64,000 nucleotides of DNA from a virus (IMGVR_UViG_2791355084_000002:1-64000); one strand, 5' to 3'; shown: positions 9,346-19,556, numbered from the stretch's first letter. The notes: generated from the letters alone by a model not told the origin. Made by a program: numbers and translations.

Positions 9346-9874
9346 TTGGATCTCTCCTTTTAATATAGGTTTCTGCAGCAATTGAATTTTCAAGAATGAT
9401 TAAAGGAATTTGTAGGGTATTACAAACTAAAATAGCATGTTCCTTTTCACATTTTTGTAGTTCGGAAATTTTTTCAGTTGATAATAGTTCTTTGCCATCG
9501 CGTGTGGATATTCGGTTATAAATAACATTTGGATGCTCTAATAGTAAAAAAACTTTTGTAATATTTAAATTTTTAAAGGTTGTTAAAGGTATTTTTTCGA
9601 TTGTTTCGTTATCTTTTAATAAAGTAAAATGTCCATCTAAAATAAAAAGTTTTTCTCTAACATTTTGTTTGATTGAATTTACTAGTACCTCTTGATTGCT
9701 ATTCACATCTGATACTTTTTTATCTACAAAGAATAATTTTTTGTCAAAAGTTTTAATTAAGTGACTTGCAGAATAATGAGGGAGATTTATACTATCTTTT
9801 AATCTATTAGAAAAATAAGATTTACCTACACCATGAACACCACTAACAAAAATACACTGTTTAATAGAAATCAC
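9332..9874 (-). CDS. P-loop nucleotide-kinase-like ATPase (AAA_17/AAA_18-like)
   Basis: GVHGVGKS Walker A, LDGH, R..R lid motif. Confidence 0.8.
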   Translation of the reverse strand: MISIKQCIFVSGVHGVGKSYFSNRLKDSINLPHYSASHLIKTFDKKLFFVDKKVSDVNSNQEVLVNSIKQNVREKLFILDGHFTLLKDNETIEKIPLTTFKNLNITKVFLLLEHPNVIYNRISTRDGKELLSTEKISELQKCEKEHAILVCNTLQIPLIILENSIAAETYIKRRDPNEPN

Positions 9875-10073
9875 CTCCTCTCAATCTAGGTATCTTTATA
9901 AAGTAGTACTTTACATGTAAGACAGTAAATAATATAAAACATAAATGAATAATACTACCAATAATGGTGCGTTTAAAGGACATGTATATGCCATGTCCTT
10001 CTAATACAAATAATTATTCTACTATTTGAAGATTAAAATAAAAATCGTTTATTTGACTTTCTCCAAATAACGA

Positions 10074-10115
10074 TTACAATCTCCACTATCCTTCAAAATC
10101 TCTCACATCTTACGG
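10074..10115 (-). pseudogene. Remnant of the 3' end of a repressor gene
   Basis: ctatccttcaaaatctctcacatcttacg nearly matches the 3' ends of 11597-12058 and 12166-12537 (RKM*EILKDSG). Confidence 0.6.
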
Positions 10116-10363
10116 TGCTCCTGTATAAATCCCTGGTCAATTTTTGTAGAGTAAGGTCATTGACGAAGACTTGCTATGTAGTTACTTTTTTACTTATAGA
10201 GTTAGTAAGTATTAGCATGTGAGAACTAGGTAGAGCGTCTGACTTAAAATAATTAGCTAATTTTCAAGTATTAAATTATCAAGTTCATTAGTTATATTAA
10301 TAATTTAACTTGCCTTGTCTAGCTATTTTTAAGTCAGCCACTATTATATATTTGATACCTAAA

Positions 10364-11461
10364 CTAATTTGTCACTTCTACATAATCCTGAACAGTATTA
10401 AGGATTTGTTCACTGTAATTCAGTAAATCAATCGGGTGTACAAAGTCAAGAACAGTGCGTTCTTTGTCGGTAGCTGCGTCGTTTAGGACGATAAAGTTTC
10501 TGTTTTTTTCGAAAAATACGCGCATAATCCATCTTCGGATATTGTTATCAATAATAATATTGAAATAACTTCGATTATCTCGGTAGAATACACGTTCAGG
10601 TGCTATTGTATCTTTAAGAATTACCTTTACAATCGAATAGGATTCAAGTTCTTCAGGTGTTGTTACAATACCATCGTCTTTTACCGGTTCTTCTTTTGTT
10701 TCTTCATTGTTTGGATCCGGAAGGGTTACACGTACTTTACTATCTCCAGTTGATTTAAGGGCAGCGTTTAATTTATCGTTTACCTTTTCGTTTACAATTT
10801 GTTTTAATCCTTTTGAAATAATCGGTGTGAATTTTTCTAACGCATTTTTTGTTTTTAAACCATCATAAATTTGATGTACAAGGAATTTTACGAATTCTTC
10901 ATCGGGAGTATCGAATTGAACGGATAAATAGCTTTTTAAGGCGTTTAAGTATTTAAGGTCAGAAGCGGTACTTGAAATATTTTCAAGATCAAACGTTTCT
11001 TTTCGGAATTTTGCGATTTCTTGGATGTGAATATCTCGTAGCTCTAAAATGTTAAATGTAAAGAAAGGTGTTGTATCCATCTTATTTGGCTCTTCTAAAT
11101 CAGTAAAAAATTTGTATACGATACCGTTTGTAAGAATGCCAAATTTAGCGGAAGTAGTACCGAAATAACGGAATAATTGAGAGTCATGTTTTGTAAGGTT
11201 TTCGGCAATGCTCTTACACTCAATTAAAATCATAGGGGCGCCATCACTTAATATCGCGTAATCAACTTTTTCACCTTTTTTAATACCAACGTCGGCTGTA
11301 AACTCTGGGCTGAACTCTAATGGGTTGAAGATGTCGTAGCCTAAAATTTGAAAGAACGGCATCACTATGGCTGTTTTTGTAGCTTCCTCTGTCGATATTG
11401 AATCTTTTAAACTGTCAATACGTTTAGCTAAATTTTTTAATTGTTCTACAAACTGTTCCAT
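10364..11461 (-). CDS. HsdR N-terminal-like PD-(D/E)XK nuclease domain protein
   Basis: EEATK, PEF, VDYAI, IECK, LTNG motifs; no helicase motifs. Confidence 0.8.
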   Translation of the reverse strand: MEQFVEQLKNLAKRIDSLKDSISTEEATKTAIVMPFFQILGYDIFNPLEFSPEFTADVGIKKGEKVDYAILSDGAPMILIECKSIAENLTKHDSQLFRYFGTTSAKFGILTNGIVYKFFTDLEEPNKMDTTPFFTFNILELRDIHIQEIAKFRKETFDLENISSTASDLKYLNALKSYLSVQFDTPDEEFVKFLVHQIYDGLKTKNALEKFTPIISKGLKQIVNEKVNDKLNAALKSTGDSKVRVTLPDPNNEETKEEPVKDDGIVTTPEELESYSIVKVILKDTIAPERVFYRDNRSYFNIIIDNNIRRWIMRVFFEKNRNFIVLNDAATDKERTVLDFVHPIDLLNYSEQILNTVQDYVEVTN

Positions 11462-11596
11462 ATGTATCCCTCCAATTATGTAGTTACATTTGACTTGCGT
11501 AAATATAACTAGGTAAATGATAAAAAAATATTAATTGCCCAATATAGTATATATTTTACAAATAGGGGTTGTTTTAAAGGACATGCAAGCATGTCC

Positions 11597-12058
11597 TTAT
11601 TTGATTTCACCGCTATCCTTCAAAATCTCCCACATTTTACGAAGCCTTTGTAAATCTTCCTCACGATTCTTAGGTAAATCCTTATACCATTTTTGTAAAG
11701 ATGGGTCGTTGGCGAAGGCTTGAAAAGAAGCTTCGTCTTTTTCTTGTGGTGTGAGTGCTATTTTATCTGTACGACCTAGTAGGTAGTCAGTACTGACTTC
11801 AAAATAATCGGCTAACTTAGAAAGCGTTGAATTGTCAGGTTCACCTAAATTATTTTCATATTTTGCATAGCCTTGTCTAGTGATGCCTAGTAAGTCAGCC
11901 ATTTCCTGTTGGGTCTTACGTTGCTGGGTTCGTAGAGCTTTTAATCTAATTGAGAGCATTTTACTAATTGTACCTTTAGTGGTTTGAACTTGTATCGCAA
12001 GTTGTTCTTGTGTAAATTTTTTTGCCTTTTTGGCTATCTTCAAGCTGTGGTCTAACAT
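11597..12058 (-). CDS. XRE-family repressor paralogue (truncated HTH fused to a complete HTH)
   Basis: TQEQLA..GTISK then TQQEMAD..YAKYEN..STDYLLGR; RBS aggagtga. Confidence 0.8.
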   Translation of the reverse strand: MLDHSLKIAKKAKKFTQEQLAIQVQTTKGTISKMLSIRLKALRTQQRKTQQEMADLLGITRQGYAKYENNLGEPDNSTLSKLADYFEVSTDYLLGRTDKIALTPQEKDEASFQAFANDPSLQKWYKDLPKNREEDLQRLRKMWEILKDSGEIK

Positions 12059-12165
12059 TCGATCACTCCTTTGACATATGTAATAAACTAGAGAAGTAAA
12101 AAATATTCCTTCTAAAAATATTTTACATACAGAAGTGTCATAACGAATATACAATTGGTGTTACT

Positions 12166-12537
12166 TTACTTTATCTCACCATTATCCTTCAAAATCTCCC
12201 ACATTTTACGTAATCTCTGTAAATCCTCTTCGCGATTCTTAGGTAAATCCTTGTACCATTTTTGTAATGAAGGATCGTTAGCGAATGCTTGGAATTCAGC
12301 TTCGTCATTTATGGATTGAGTATGAGGGTTTTTAACGTCACTTTCACATAAAATATATGCGACACTAACGCCATATTTTTCAGCTAATTTTTGTAGGCTA
12401 CTTATTGAAATTTCATTGCGACCTTGTTCGTAATAACCATAGGCACTCTCAGAAATATTCAAGAATTTAGCAATATCAGCTTGTGTTAATTTGAATTCTT
12501 TTCTTAATTCCTTAAGTCTTTGTGGGACATTAGGCAT
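12166..12537 (-). CDS. CI/ImmR-like XRE repressor
   Basis: HTH_3 motif; divergent from the cro-like gene. Confidence 0.9.
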   Translation of the reverse strand: MPNVPQRLKELRKEFKLTQADIAKFLNISESAYGYYEQGRNEISISSLQKLAEKYGVSVAYILCESDVKNPHTQSINDEAEFQAFANDPSLQKWYKDLPKNREEDLQRLRKMWEILKDNGEIK

Positions 12538-12572
12538 GGTTACACCTCTTTCGCATATGTAAGTACATTATA

Positions 12573-12681
12573 CAACTAATAGTTGGGTAATTAGGTAAAT
12601 AAAAAACAAATACAACAAAAAATCCGATTTATTGTTGACTCACAACATTTTGTTGTGTAAAATAAAAACAACAAAATGTTG
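12573..12681. promoter_or_regulatory. Lysis/lysogeny switch 1: CAAC-N5-GTTG operators and a rightward promoter
   Basis: Operators at 12573, 12643, 12669 (a fourth at 12921); ttgact(12635)-17 bp-taaaat(12658). Confidence 0.75.
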
Positions 12682-12694
12682 GGGAGGTGATGAT

Positions 12695-12940
12695 TTGAGC
12701 CATTCTACTTGTCGACATAGGTTAGTAGGTCTTCGTAAAGAAAAAGGTTGGTTACAAAAAGATGTTGTTGCGAATTTGCTAAAAGAATACAACATATCAA
12801 TCACTGAAAGTTACTATGGAATGATCGAGCGAGGAGTTAGAACACCCTCGTTAAAAGTTGCTTTAGCGATTGCAGCATTATTTAATGTTGAACCAATTGA
12901 TATTTTTTTAAATGTTAAAACAACATTTTGTTGTATTTAG
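12695..12940 (+). CDS. Cro-like HTH regulator
   Basis: HTH (YYGMIERGVRTPS); ggaggtga RBS before TTG. Confidence 0.85.
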   Translation: MSHSTCRHRLVGLRKEKGWLQKDVVANLLKEYNISITESYYGMIERGVRTPSLKVALAIAALFNVEPIDIFLNVKTTFCCI

Positions 12941-13067
12941 GTGAGTGAGAAAACAACTTAACGTGGAACTTATCAAGATTGGTAAGTGATTTCATTGAAT
13001 GGAATTAATCATATTCAATCTACTACTAGCTTGCAGATTGGAAGACTTCAAAAATAGGAGGTTATTT

Positions 13068-13799
13068 ATGAATCCATTACAAGTAATCGTACATGACAAT
13101 CAGCGTGTGTTAACAACAAATCAATTGGCTGAGAGTTATGAAACGGATGTAAAAGTCATTTCGAATAATTTCACTCGGAACAAAGATCGGTATATAACTG
13201 GCAAACACTTTATTCATCTTTCGGGTGAGGACTTAAAACAATTTAAAGCCATTCATCAAAATGATGAAAGCCTTAAATTTGCTTCTTCGTTATACCTTTG
13301 GACAGAAAAAGGCGCATGGTTACACGCAAAATCTCTTAACACCGATAGAGCGTGGGATGCCTATGAAAAACTAGTGGACGAGTACTACAACATGAAAGAA
13401 AAGATTGTGCCGTTATCAAAAGACCAAGCGCTTGTCACAGTTCTTCGTACTACTGCAGATTTGGTTGAAGATACGCAGGAGATTAAAAAAGAACAACACG
13501 AAATCCGTAAAGAACTGTTACTTATCAATGAAAAGGTTGAAGAGCAAATTACCTTAACATCGGGTGAACAGCGTGCTGTACAAAAGGCTGTAGCGACAAA
13601 AATCTATGAGTGTGAACAAGACACAACACTTCGGCCAAAACTCTTTCGTGAATTATATCGTGAAATTAAAGACCGGTTTGCTGTAGCCAGTTATAAGGAT
13701 ATTCGTCGTCAGGATTTACAACTAGCGCTACGATATATCAATTCTTGGATTCCTCGAAAAGTTTCATTGGAAGAGGCTGCCGGGCAAAGCAGCCTATAG
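13068..13799 (+). CDS. Phage antirepressor (ORF6N + ORF6C domains)
   Basis: VLTT.QLAE.Y, LWTEKGA..HAKSL.TD; C-terminal SYKDI..ALRYI.SW. Confidence 0.85.
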   Translation: MNPLQVIVHDNQRVLTTNQLAESYETDVKVISNNFTRNKDRYITGKHFIHLSGEDLKQFKAIHQNDESLKFASSLYLWTEKGAWLHAKSLNTDRAWDAYEKLVDEYYNMKEKIVPLSKDQALVTVLRTTADLVEDTQEIKKEQHEIRKELLLINEKVEEQITLTSGEQRAVQKAVATKIYECEQDTTLRPKLFRELYREIKDRFAVASYKDIRRQDLQLALRYINSWIPRKVSLEEAAGQSSL

Positions 13800-13814
13800 A
13801 TTGGAGGGCTGGTA

Positions 13815-14159
13815 ATGTTTAGCGAGGATTTTAAGGAGAAAATGATGCTTGAGTTTCGCACGATGATTCGTGAGGAGATGGAAGCAACTTTACAGGGGAC
13901 ATATGTACAAATTCAACAGTTGCCACCGTTTTTAACGAAAGAAGAGTTAAAAAAATTGCTTCGAATTGCGGATACAAAGGCTTCAGCGTTGCTTGCAAGA
14001 GCAGATTTTCCGGTATTGCGAGAAGCGGGTGTTTTAGTACCCTCTCACTTATTTATTCAATGGGTAGAAGCCAACACACAGTGGATTGATTTAAATACAG
14101 GGTTAGCCCCTAATTCACTAAAAGCATTAAGACCAATTAAGCCCTACGTACTTACTTAA
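13815..14159 (+). CDS. Excisionase-like DNA-binding protein
   Basis: LPPFLTKEEL...DFP...VP...FIQW pattern. Confidence 0.55.
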   Translation: MFSEDFKEKMMLEFRTMIREEMEATLQGTYVQIQQLPPFLTKEELKKLLRIADTKASALLARADFPVLREAGVLVPSHLFIQWVEANTQWIDLNTGLAPNSLKALRPIKPYVLT

Positions 14160-14262
14160 GTGATTGGGCATACAACCTCTTGACACTATTTTACCTCAAC
14201 TATCAACAACAATTGGTTCTGCTTTTGCTATCCCTTGTTCCGCCTTGGAACATTGAGAGGAG

Positions 14263-14541
14263 GTGAGACCAATGTCATATGGAGCAATTTTAAAAGCGCT
14301 ACGAGTAAAAGCCAATCTCACACAACAAGAACTAGCAGACAAACTACATCGCAGCCGTTCGTGTATTTCTAAGTTTGAAAAAGAAACTAAAACCATTGAT
14401 ATGCCTACATTTATGCAATGGATACAAATTACGGATGGACAAGTTGCAGCGGCTGCCATGATGTTTGGAATGGATACTTTATCAATCATTAATCAATTAT
14501 TACCGTTTATCGGAGGAGGTTTTATATGGTGGATGTCATGA
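14263..14541 (+). CDS. XRE HTH protein
   Basis: LTQQELADKL.RSRS.ISKFE. Confidence 0.8.
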   Translation: MRPMSYGAILKALRVKANLTQQELADKLHRSRSCISKFEKETKTIDMPTFMQWIQITDGQVAAAAMMFGMDTLSIINQLLPFIGGGFIWWMS

Positions 14542-14753
14542 CAATAATCAAGCATCGAAAGGCGATATACGGAGCAATAGGAGCAATTGAATCCAATTTA
14601 ATAATGGAAGATTACGACTTAGCTATTGAAAGAGCCTATGACATTATCAGAAGTCTGAAAGCTTTAAAAGCCCATCAAAAAATAGATTTAGCAGAAGTAG
14701 ATAGAGTGATAGATCACATCCAGCAGTGGGAGGTACAAGATGTTCAAGTTTAA
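14526..14753 (+). CDS. Hypothetical phage early protein
   Basis: ORF in the early operon with a ggagg RBS. Confidence 0.55.
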   Translation: MVDVMTIIKHRKAIYGAIGAIESNLIMEDYDLAIERAYDIIRSLKALKAHQKIDLAEVDRVIDHIQQWEVQDVQV

Positions 14754-15141
14754 ACGATGGAGTAAATTGTCGTTACAACAACGTCTAGTGTCGGTCGGCA
14801 ATTGGTGGTGCCGATGGTGAAGTGGTTAGTGGATTACTTTTACATGCCAGACGATGGCCGTGACCACCGCCACAAAGTGTTCTGTGTGAAGTGTGGTCTA
14901 ATCATCATCGCCATTGGTGTACCAGTAGTTATTGCTTGTTGGCAATAAAAAAGCTGCTTAATCGCGGGAACGATTAAACAGCAGTGCGGTTTTGTCTACA
15001 CATAGTATACCACAATAATCGACGTTTGCGAGTCGCAACTCGCTCTCGTCAAGCAGTTTGTAAAAAGGGTTGGTTAGCCGGCTCCTCAATTGATTTTACA
15101 AGCTGCTTGATGGGAAAGTCCATCAGAAAGAAGGTGAGGAC

Positions 15142-15366
15142 ATGAATCTTCAAGTTGAGAATCCAATGGTATTAGGAACACTCGAAACAGTTAATCGAGT
15201 ATCGACAAATCACTTGGTTGAGAAAGAATTTCGGGATTTTTATGGCAGTTTAATAGTAAGCAATGACGATTACATGGAGTTTCAGAACGGTGATATTGTT
15301 CACATGGATAACATTCACACGTACTTAGAAGAGCACTTTAAAGCTTCATTTTGCACAAAAAAATAA
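15142..15366 (+). CDS. YqaI-like phage protein
   Basis: VENPMV and D.YG..I motifs; upstream of the YqaJ-like gene. Confidence 0.55.
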   Translation: MNLQVENPMVLGTLETVNRVSTNHLVEKEFRDFYGSLIVSNDDYMEFQNGDIVHMDNIHTYLEEHFKASFCTKK

Positions 15367-15435
15367 ACCACTACTCGCAATAGTGGCTTAGAAAAAACAT
15401 TAATTATCGTTATTTTAACACAGGAGGTTAAAAGA

Positions 15436-16365
15436 ATGGAAGCAGTATCTACTTTAAAGATGGATCGTATTGAATGGCTCCAACTACGTAAAAGCGGTAT
15501 CGGTGGTTCAGATGCATCAGCAATTCTTGGATTTAATCGCTGGAAGTCAGCGTTTCAGTTATTCATCGAAAAGACATCTGAAATGGTTGAAGAAATCGAC
15601 AATGAATTTGTTTACTGGGGCAATGTGCTAGAAGATATTGTTGCACAAGAATTTGCAAGACGAACACGTAAAAAAGTACAGCGTGTGAATCGTATGCTAC
15701 GACATCCTGATTATCAATTTATGATAGCTAACTTAGATCGCCGAATCGTTGGAGAGAGAGCAATCCTTGAATGTAAAACAACATCTACGTACAACAAAGA
15801 TGCCTGGGAAGGTGACGAAGTACCAGCAGCATATATTTGTCAGTTGCAACATTATCTAGCGGTCACTGGATTTGAAAAGGCATATATTGCGGTTTTGATT
15901 GGTGGGAACAATTTTGTGTGGAAAGAAGTTGCCCGTGATGATGAATTTATTGAGTTAATGATCGAGCGAGAAAAAGACTTTTGGCATAACCATGTCCTTG
16001 CTAACGTACCTCCGGCGATTGATGGTAGTTCATCTGCTAGTGAGTTTTTAGCCAAAATGTTCCCTCAGGATGATGGTTCAGCCATTATGTTGGACGAGCA
16101 GATGAACACATTAATTGAGGCGATTGAATCATTAAAAAGTGAAGAAAAACAACTTGAAAACCAACGTAAAGAATATGAAAATCAACTAAAAATAAAGCTT
16201 GGTGAGGCCGTGGAAGGATATTCGAATCGATTTAAAGTGACTTATAAAACAATTACAACTAATCGAATTGATAGCAAGCGATTAAAGGAAGAACAACCGG
16301 AGCTATATAAGAAATATTGCAATGAATCATTATTTCGCCGTTTGTCGATTAAGGAGGCGAATTAA
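15436..16365 (+). CDS. YqaJ-like (lambda Exo-type) exonuclease
   Basis: R..GIGGSD, ANLD, LECKT, QLQHYL. Confidence 0.92.
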   Translation: MEAVSTLKMDRIEWLQLRKSGIGGSDASAILGFNRWKSAFQLFIEKTSEMVEEIDNEFVYWGNVLEDIVAQEFARRTRKKVQRVNRMLRHPDYQFMIANLDRRIVGERAILECKTTSTYNKDAWEGDEVPAAYICQLQHYLAVTGFEKAYIAVLIGGNNFVWKEVARDDEFIELMIEREKDFWHNHVLANVPPAIDGSSSASEFLAKMFPQDDGSAIMLDEQMNTLIEAIESLKSEEKQLENQRKEYENQLKIKLGEAVEGYSNRFKVTYKTITTNRIDSKRLKEEQPELYKKYCNESLFRRLSIKEAN

Positions 16366-16367
16366 AC

Positions 16368-17174
16368 ATGGCAACTACAAATGACTTAAAAGCGCAAATA
16401 CAAGGTCAAGTACAACAAGGTCTTACACCAGAACAATCATTAAACAAATTGTTAAAGCGTATGGGTCCTCAAATTCAACGAGCATTACCTAAACACATGG
16501 ATGCTGATCGTATTGCACGAATTGCCTTAACAGCAGTTCGTGCTACACCAAAACTATTAGAATGTGACCAAATGAGTTTTCTAGCAGCACTTATGCAATC
16601 TGCTCAACTAGGAGTGGAGCTAAATACAGGGCTAGGACAAGCTTATTTAATCCCATATGGCAAACAAGTACAGTTCCAGTTAGGTTATAAAGGTTTAATT
16701 GATTTAGCTGTTCGTAGTGGTCAATATAAAGCCATTTATGCGCATGAAGTGTATAAGGAAGATGAATTTTCGTTTGCATACGGATTACACAAAGATCTTG
16801 TACATGTACCTTCGACAAATCCAGAAGGCGAACCAATCGGTTACTACGCTGTGTACCATTTAAAAAATGGTGGATACGACTTTGTTTACTGGACAAGAGA
16901 ACGTATTGATAAACATGCTCAACAGTTTTCGCAAGCCGTTCAAAAAGGTTCGACAAGCCCTTGGAAAACTAACTATGACGCAATGGCTAAAAAAACTGTA
17001 CTAAAAGAAGTATTAAAATATTCTCCTAAATCAATCGAGTTGCAGAAGGTAGTAGAGGCTGATGAAACGATTAAGAACGAGGTATCGGAGGATATGAGTG
17101 ATGTTATTGATGTCACAGATTATTCAATCATTGAAGCAGAACCAGTTCAAGAGGAAAAGATAATTGAACAGTGA
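16368..17174 (+). CDS. recT: RecT-family single-strand annealing protein
   Basis: AYLIPY..QFQLGYKG.IDLA.RSG; MAKKTV. Confidence 0.92.
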   Translation: MATTNDLKAQIQGQVQQGLTPEQSLNKLLKRMGPQIQRALPKHMDADRIARIALTAVRATPKLLECDQMSFLAALMQSAQLGVELNTGLGQAYLIPYGKQVQFQLGYKGLIDLAVRSGQYKAIYAHEVYKEDEFSFAYGLHKDLVHVPSTNPEGEPIGYYAVYHLKNGGYDFVYWTRERIDKHAQQFSQAVQKGSTSPWKTNYDAMAKKTVLKEVLKYSPKSIELQKVVEADETIKNEVSEDMSDVIDVTDYSIIEAEPVQEEKIIEQ

Positions 17175-17383
17175 CGTACCACACAAAGTCCTTCTGCCTG
17201 CTTGGATCTTTCAACAGGCAAAGGATAACGATCAAATCAAACGTTTGGTGTTGCAATACATGATTAGATATCCAAACTATCGAATTATCAAAATCAAGGG
17301 TAGTTTTGCGGTGTGTGAAAGATTAGAGGGGTTCTTATAAAAACGATATGTAAAGGTGACATTTAGAGTTAGGAATTAAAGTA

Positions 17384-17788
17384 TTAAATTCCTTTGTTGT
17401 TACGAAGTTCTACTATTGTTCCTTCAGGTGCTTTTATTTTGCATAAGCTACCATTCTCAACATGGTAAATTATTTCATTATTCTTCATTAAGAATTCAGT
17501 GTCTAATTCATGAAGGCGAGATACTTCTGATTTTAAATCTTCTACCCATAAACAAAAGTGAACTAGACCCAGGGAATTTGTGTTTACGTCACATAGTATT
17601 TCATTTTGTTTTCCAGTTTGCAGTTCAATATAAAAATCGCCCAATTGAATCCATGTATTAAAATTGCGTCCGTGAAAATCAGGTGATTCTTGTACTACTT
17701 TAAAACCCAGTATGTCTGTATAGAATTTTAACGATTCGGTGTATGTATTGGTTTGGATGCATAAATGATGCACGAAACTTTTATTCAT
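17384..17788 (-). CDS. VOC/glyoxalase family protein (moron)
   Basis: HH.CI...FY...LGF, H.CL.V.D, PEG..VEL. Confidence 0.85.
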   Translation of the reverse strand: MNKSFVHHLCIQTNTYTESLKFYTDILGFKVVQESPDFHGRNFNTWIQLGDFYIELQTGKQNEILCDVNTNSLGLVHFCLWVEDLKSEVSRLHELDTEFLMKNNEIIYHVENGSLCKIKAPEGTIVELRNNKGI

Positions 17789-17914
17789 AAATTACCTCTT
17801 TTCAGTGGATAAATGATGTTCAAATAAATAGTTCATTACAATATTATATCAATTTGGTTTAAGGAATAAATAAAAACCTTTAAAAAAGGTCGAGTTAAGG
17901 AGAGGCGAGGGCAA

Positions 17915-18787
17915 ATGGGGATTATCCGAGTAGCTAAAAACAACAACTATGTAGTGATGAATCGTACAGCATTAAATGACAACCGTCTATCTTGGAAAGC
18001 TAAAGGCATTATGGCTTATATGCTTTCAATGCCAGATGATTGGGTGTTTTATATGGACGAATTAATTACGCATGCTACAGATGGCAAAGATTCGTTCAAA
18101 AGTGGACTAAAAGAGCTTAAAGATAACGGCTATGTAGAGCGTAAACCAGTTAGAGATGAAAAAACGAAAAGGATCGTTGCTTGGGAGACGATTGTCCATG
18201 AAGCGCCTATCCAACAAGAGGAGAAACCATCAGTAGAAATCCCACCAGTGGAAAAGCCATTAGAGGAAAACCCACAAGTGGAAAAACCACTAGTGGAAAA
18301 TCCGCCCCTACTAAGTATTGATAATAACCAAGTATTGAATAAACTAAATACTGATATTAACCAAGTACTGAAAGAAAGAAAAGAGAGAGAAGAGAAAAAA
18401 GAAAATCGGTCGGTCAATCCTTTCTTAGAAATTAAAAATTGCTTTGATTCAAAAATCAGAATCAGCAACTTTACGGATCATAGAAAAATGGACAGATTGC
18501 TTGAGCTGTATCCAGATCACTTACTCATTATCGAAGCAATGAAATTAACGGCAGACCTTGGCAAGCTAAGTATTGAGTATGTGGAGGGAATATTACGAAA
18601 CTGGGCCATTGAAAAAGGGATTCATTCTTATGCCGACTGGGTATCGAAGGAGGCTAAAGTAAATGGAATGGATAAAAGACACAATAAAATCAAACAGATT
18701 CCAAGAAATTCTACAATTCATGCAAGAACAGGCATCGAAGCCTTCTATGAGCAGCTCGAACGAGACAAACGAGCATGGGGAGGATAA
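17915..18787 (+). CDS. Phage replication initiator (N-terminal HTH, DnaD-like C-terminus)
   Basis: D.RLSWKAKG, LKEL...GY; YVEGILRNW. Confidence 0.85.
   Translation: MGIIRVAKNNNYVVMNRTALNDNRLSWKAKGIMAYMLSMPDDWVFYMDELITHATDGKDSFKSGLKELKDNGYVERKPVRDEKTKRIVAWETIVHEAPIQQEEKPSVEIPPVEKPLEENPQVEKPLVENPPLLSIDNNQVLNKLNTDINQVLKERKEREEKKENRSVNPFLEIKNCFDSKIRISNFTDHRKMDRLLELYPDHLLIIEAMKLTADLGKLSIEYVEGILRNWAIEKGIHSYADWVSKEAKVNGMDKRHNKIKQIPRNSTIHARTGIEAFYEQLERDKRAWGG
18227..18301 (+). repeat. Five tandem 15-bp iteron-like repeats (probable phage origin)
   Basis: ccatcagtagaaatc/ccaccagtggaaaag/ccattagaggaaaac/ccacaagtggaaaaa/ccactagtggaaaat inside the initiator gene. Confidence 0.65.
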
Positions 18788-19556
18788 GTGTCCAAAGTGT
18801 AAAGGAACAGAATTCGTTTTCTCCCATTACGAGACCATGGGCAGTCAAAAATACGAGATTCATAAACCTTGTGATTGTCGAGAGGTGAACAGGTGGAAAC
18901 GAAGATTTAAGAACGCGTTGATTCCAGAAGAATTTGTACATGCAAATTTTGAAAACTATGTTTGTGATACCGATATGCAACAGCGCATGTTTTCGATGGT
19001 TAAAGCCTACTTAGACGCTTTTCCTGTTACTCGTGATGAACTGAAAACGCAAGGAGCTCAAAACATTGGCTTTATTGCGACTATCGGAGAGCAACGGATT
19101 CGTGCATTACCACCTAACGAGCGTTTAGAGCTGAAAAATAGACATAATAACTTTGGTATTGGAAAGACACACTTGCAAATCGCATTATCTAAACAGCTAA
19201 TCAAAAAAGGCTTTAATGTGCTCGTTGTATCCGATGTTGCCTTTATGGATGAAATGATGGCAGCGAAGCGGATGAATGATAATAGTGAAACGTATTACGC
19301 GCTATTAAACAACGTGTTATCAGCAGATGTACTCGTTTGGGATGATGTAGGAAAAGCAAAGTGGACAGAAGCTCGCGAAGGTTTGTATTACTACATTATC
19401 GACGAGCGTTACAAACGGAAATTACCAATCATTTTTAATAGCAATGAGGATAGAGCAACTATTGCGGAGCGTATTGGGTATGCAAGTGCTAGTAGATTAC
19501 TAGATAAAAATGGTGACGTATTAGAGACGGAAGGCACTGACTGGCGATTGAAATAA
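18663..19556 (+). CDS. DnaC/IstB-like helicase loader
   Basis: CPKC..C.C zinc knuckle, GIGKT, LVWDD, DERY. Confidence 0.85.
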   Translation: MEWIKDTIKSNRFQEILQFMQEQASKPSMSSSNETNEHGEDKCPKCKGTEFVFSHYETMGSQKYEIHKPCDCREVNRWKRRFKNALIPEEFVHANFENYVCDTDMQQRMFSMVKAYLDAFPVTRDELKTQGAQNIGFIATIGEQRIRALPPNERLELKNRHNNFGIGKTHLQIALSKQLIKKGFNVLVVSDVAFMDEMMAAKRMNDNSETYYALLNNVLSADVLVWDDVGKAKWTEAREGLYYYIIDERYKRKLPIIFNSNEDRATIAERIGYASASRLLDKNGDVLETEGTDWRLK

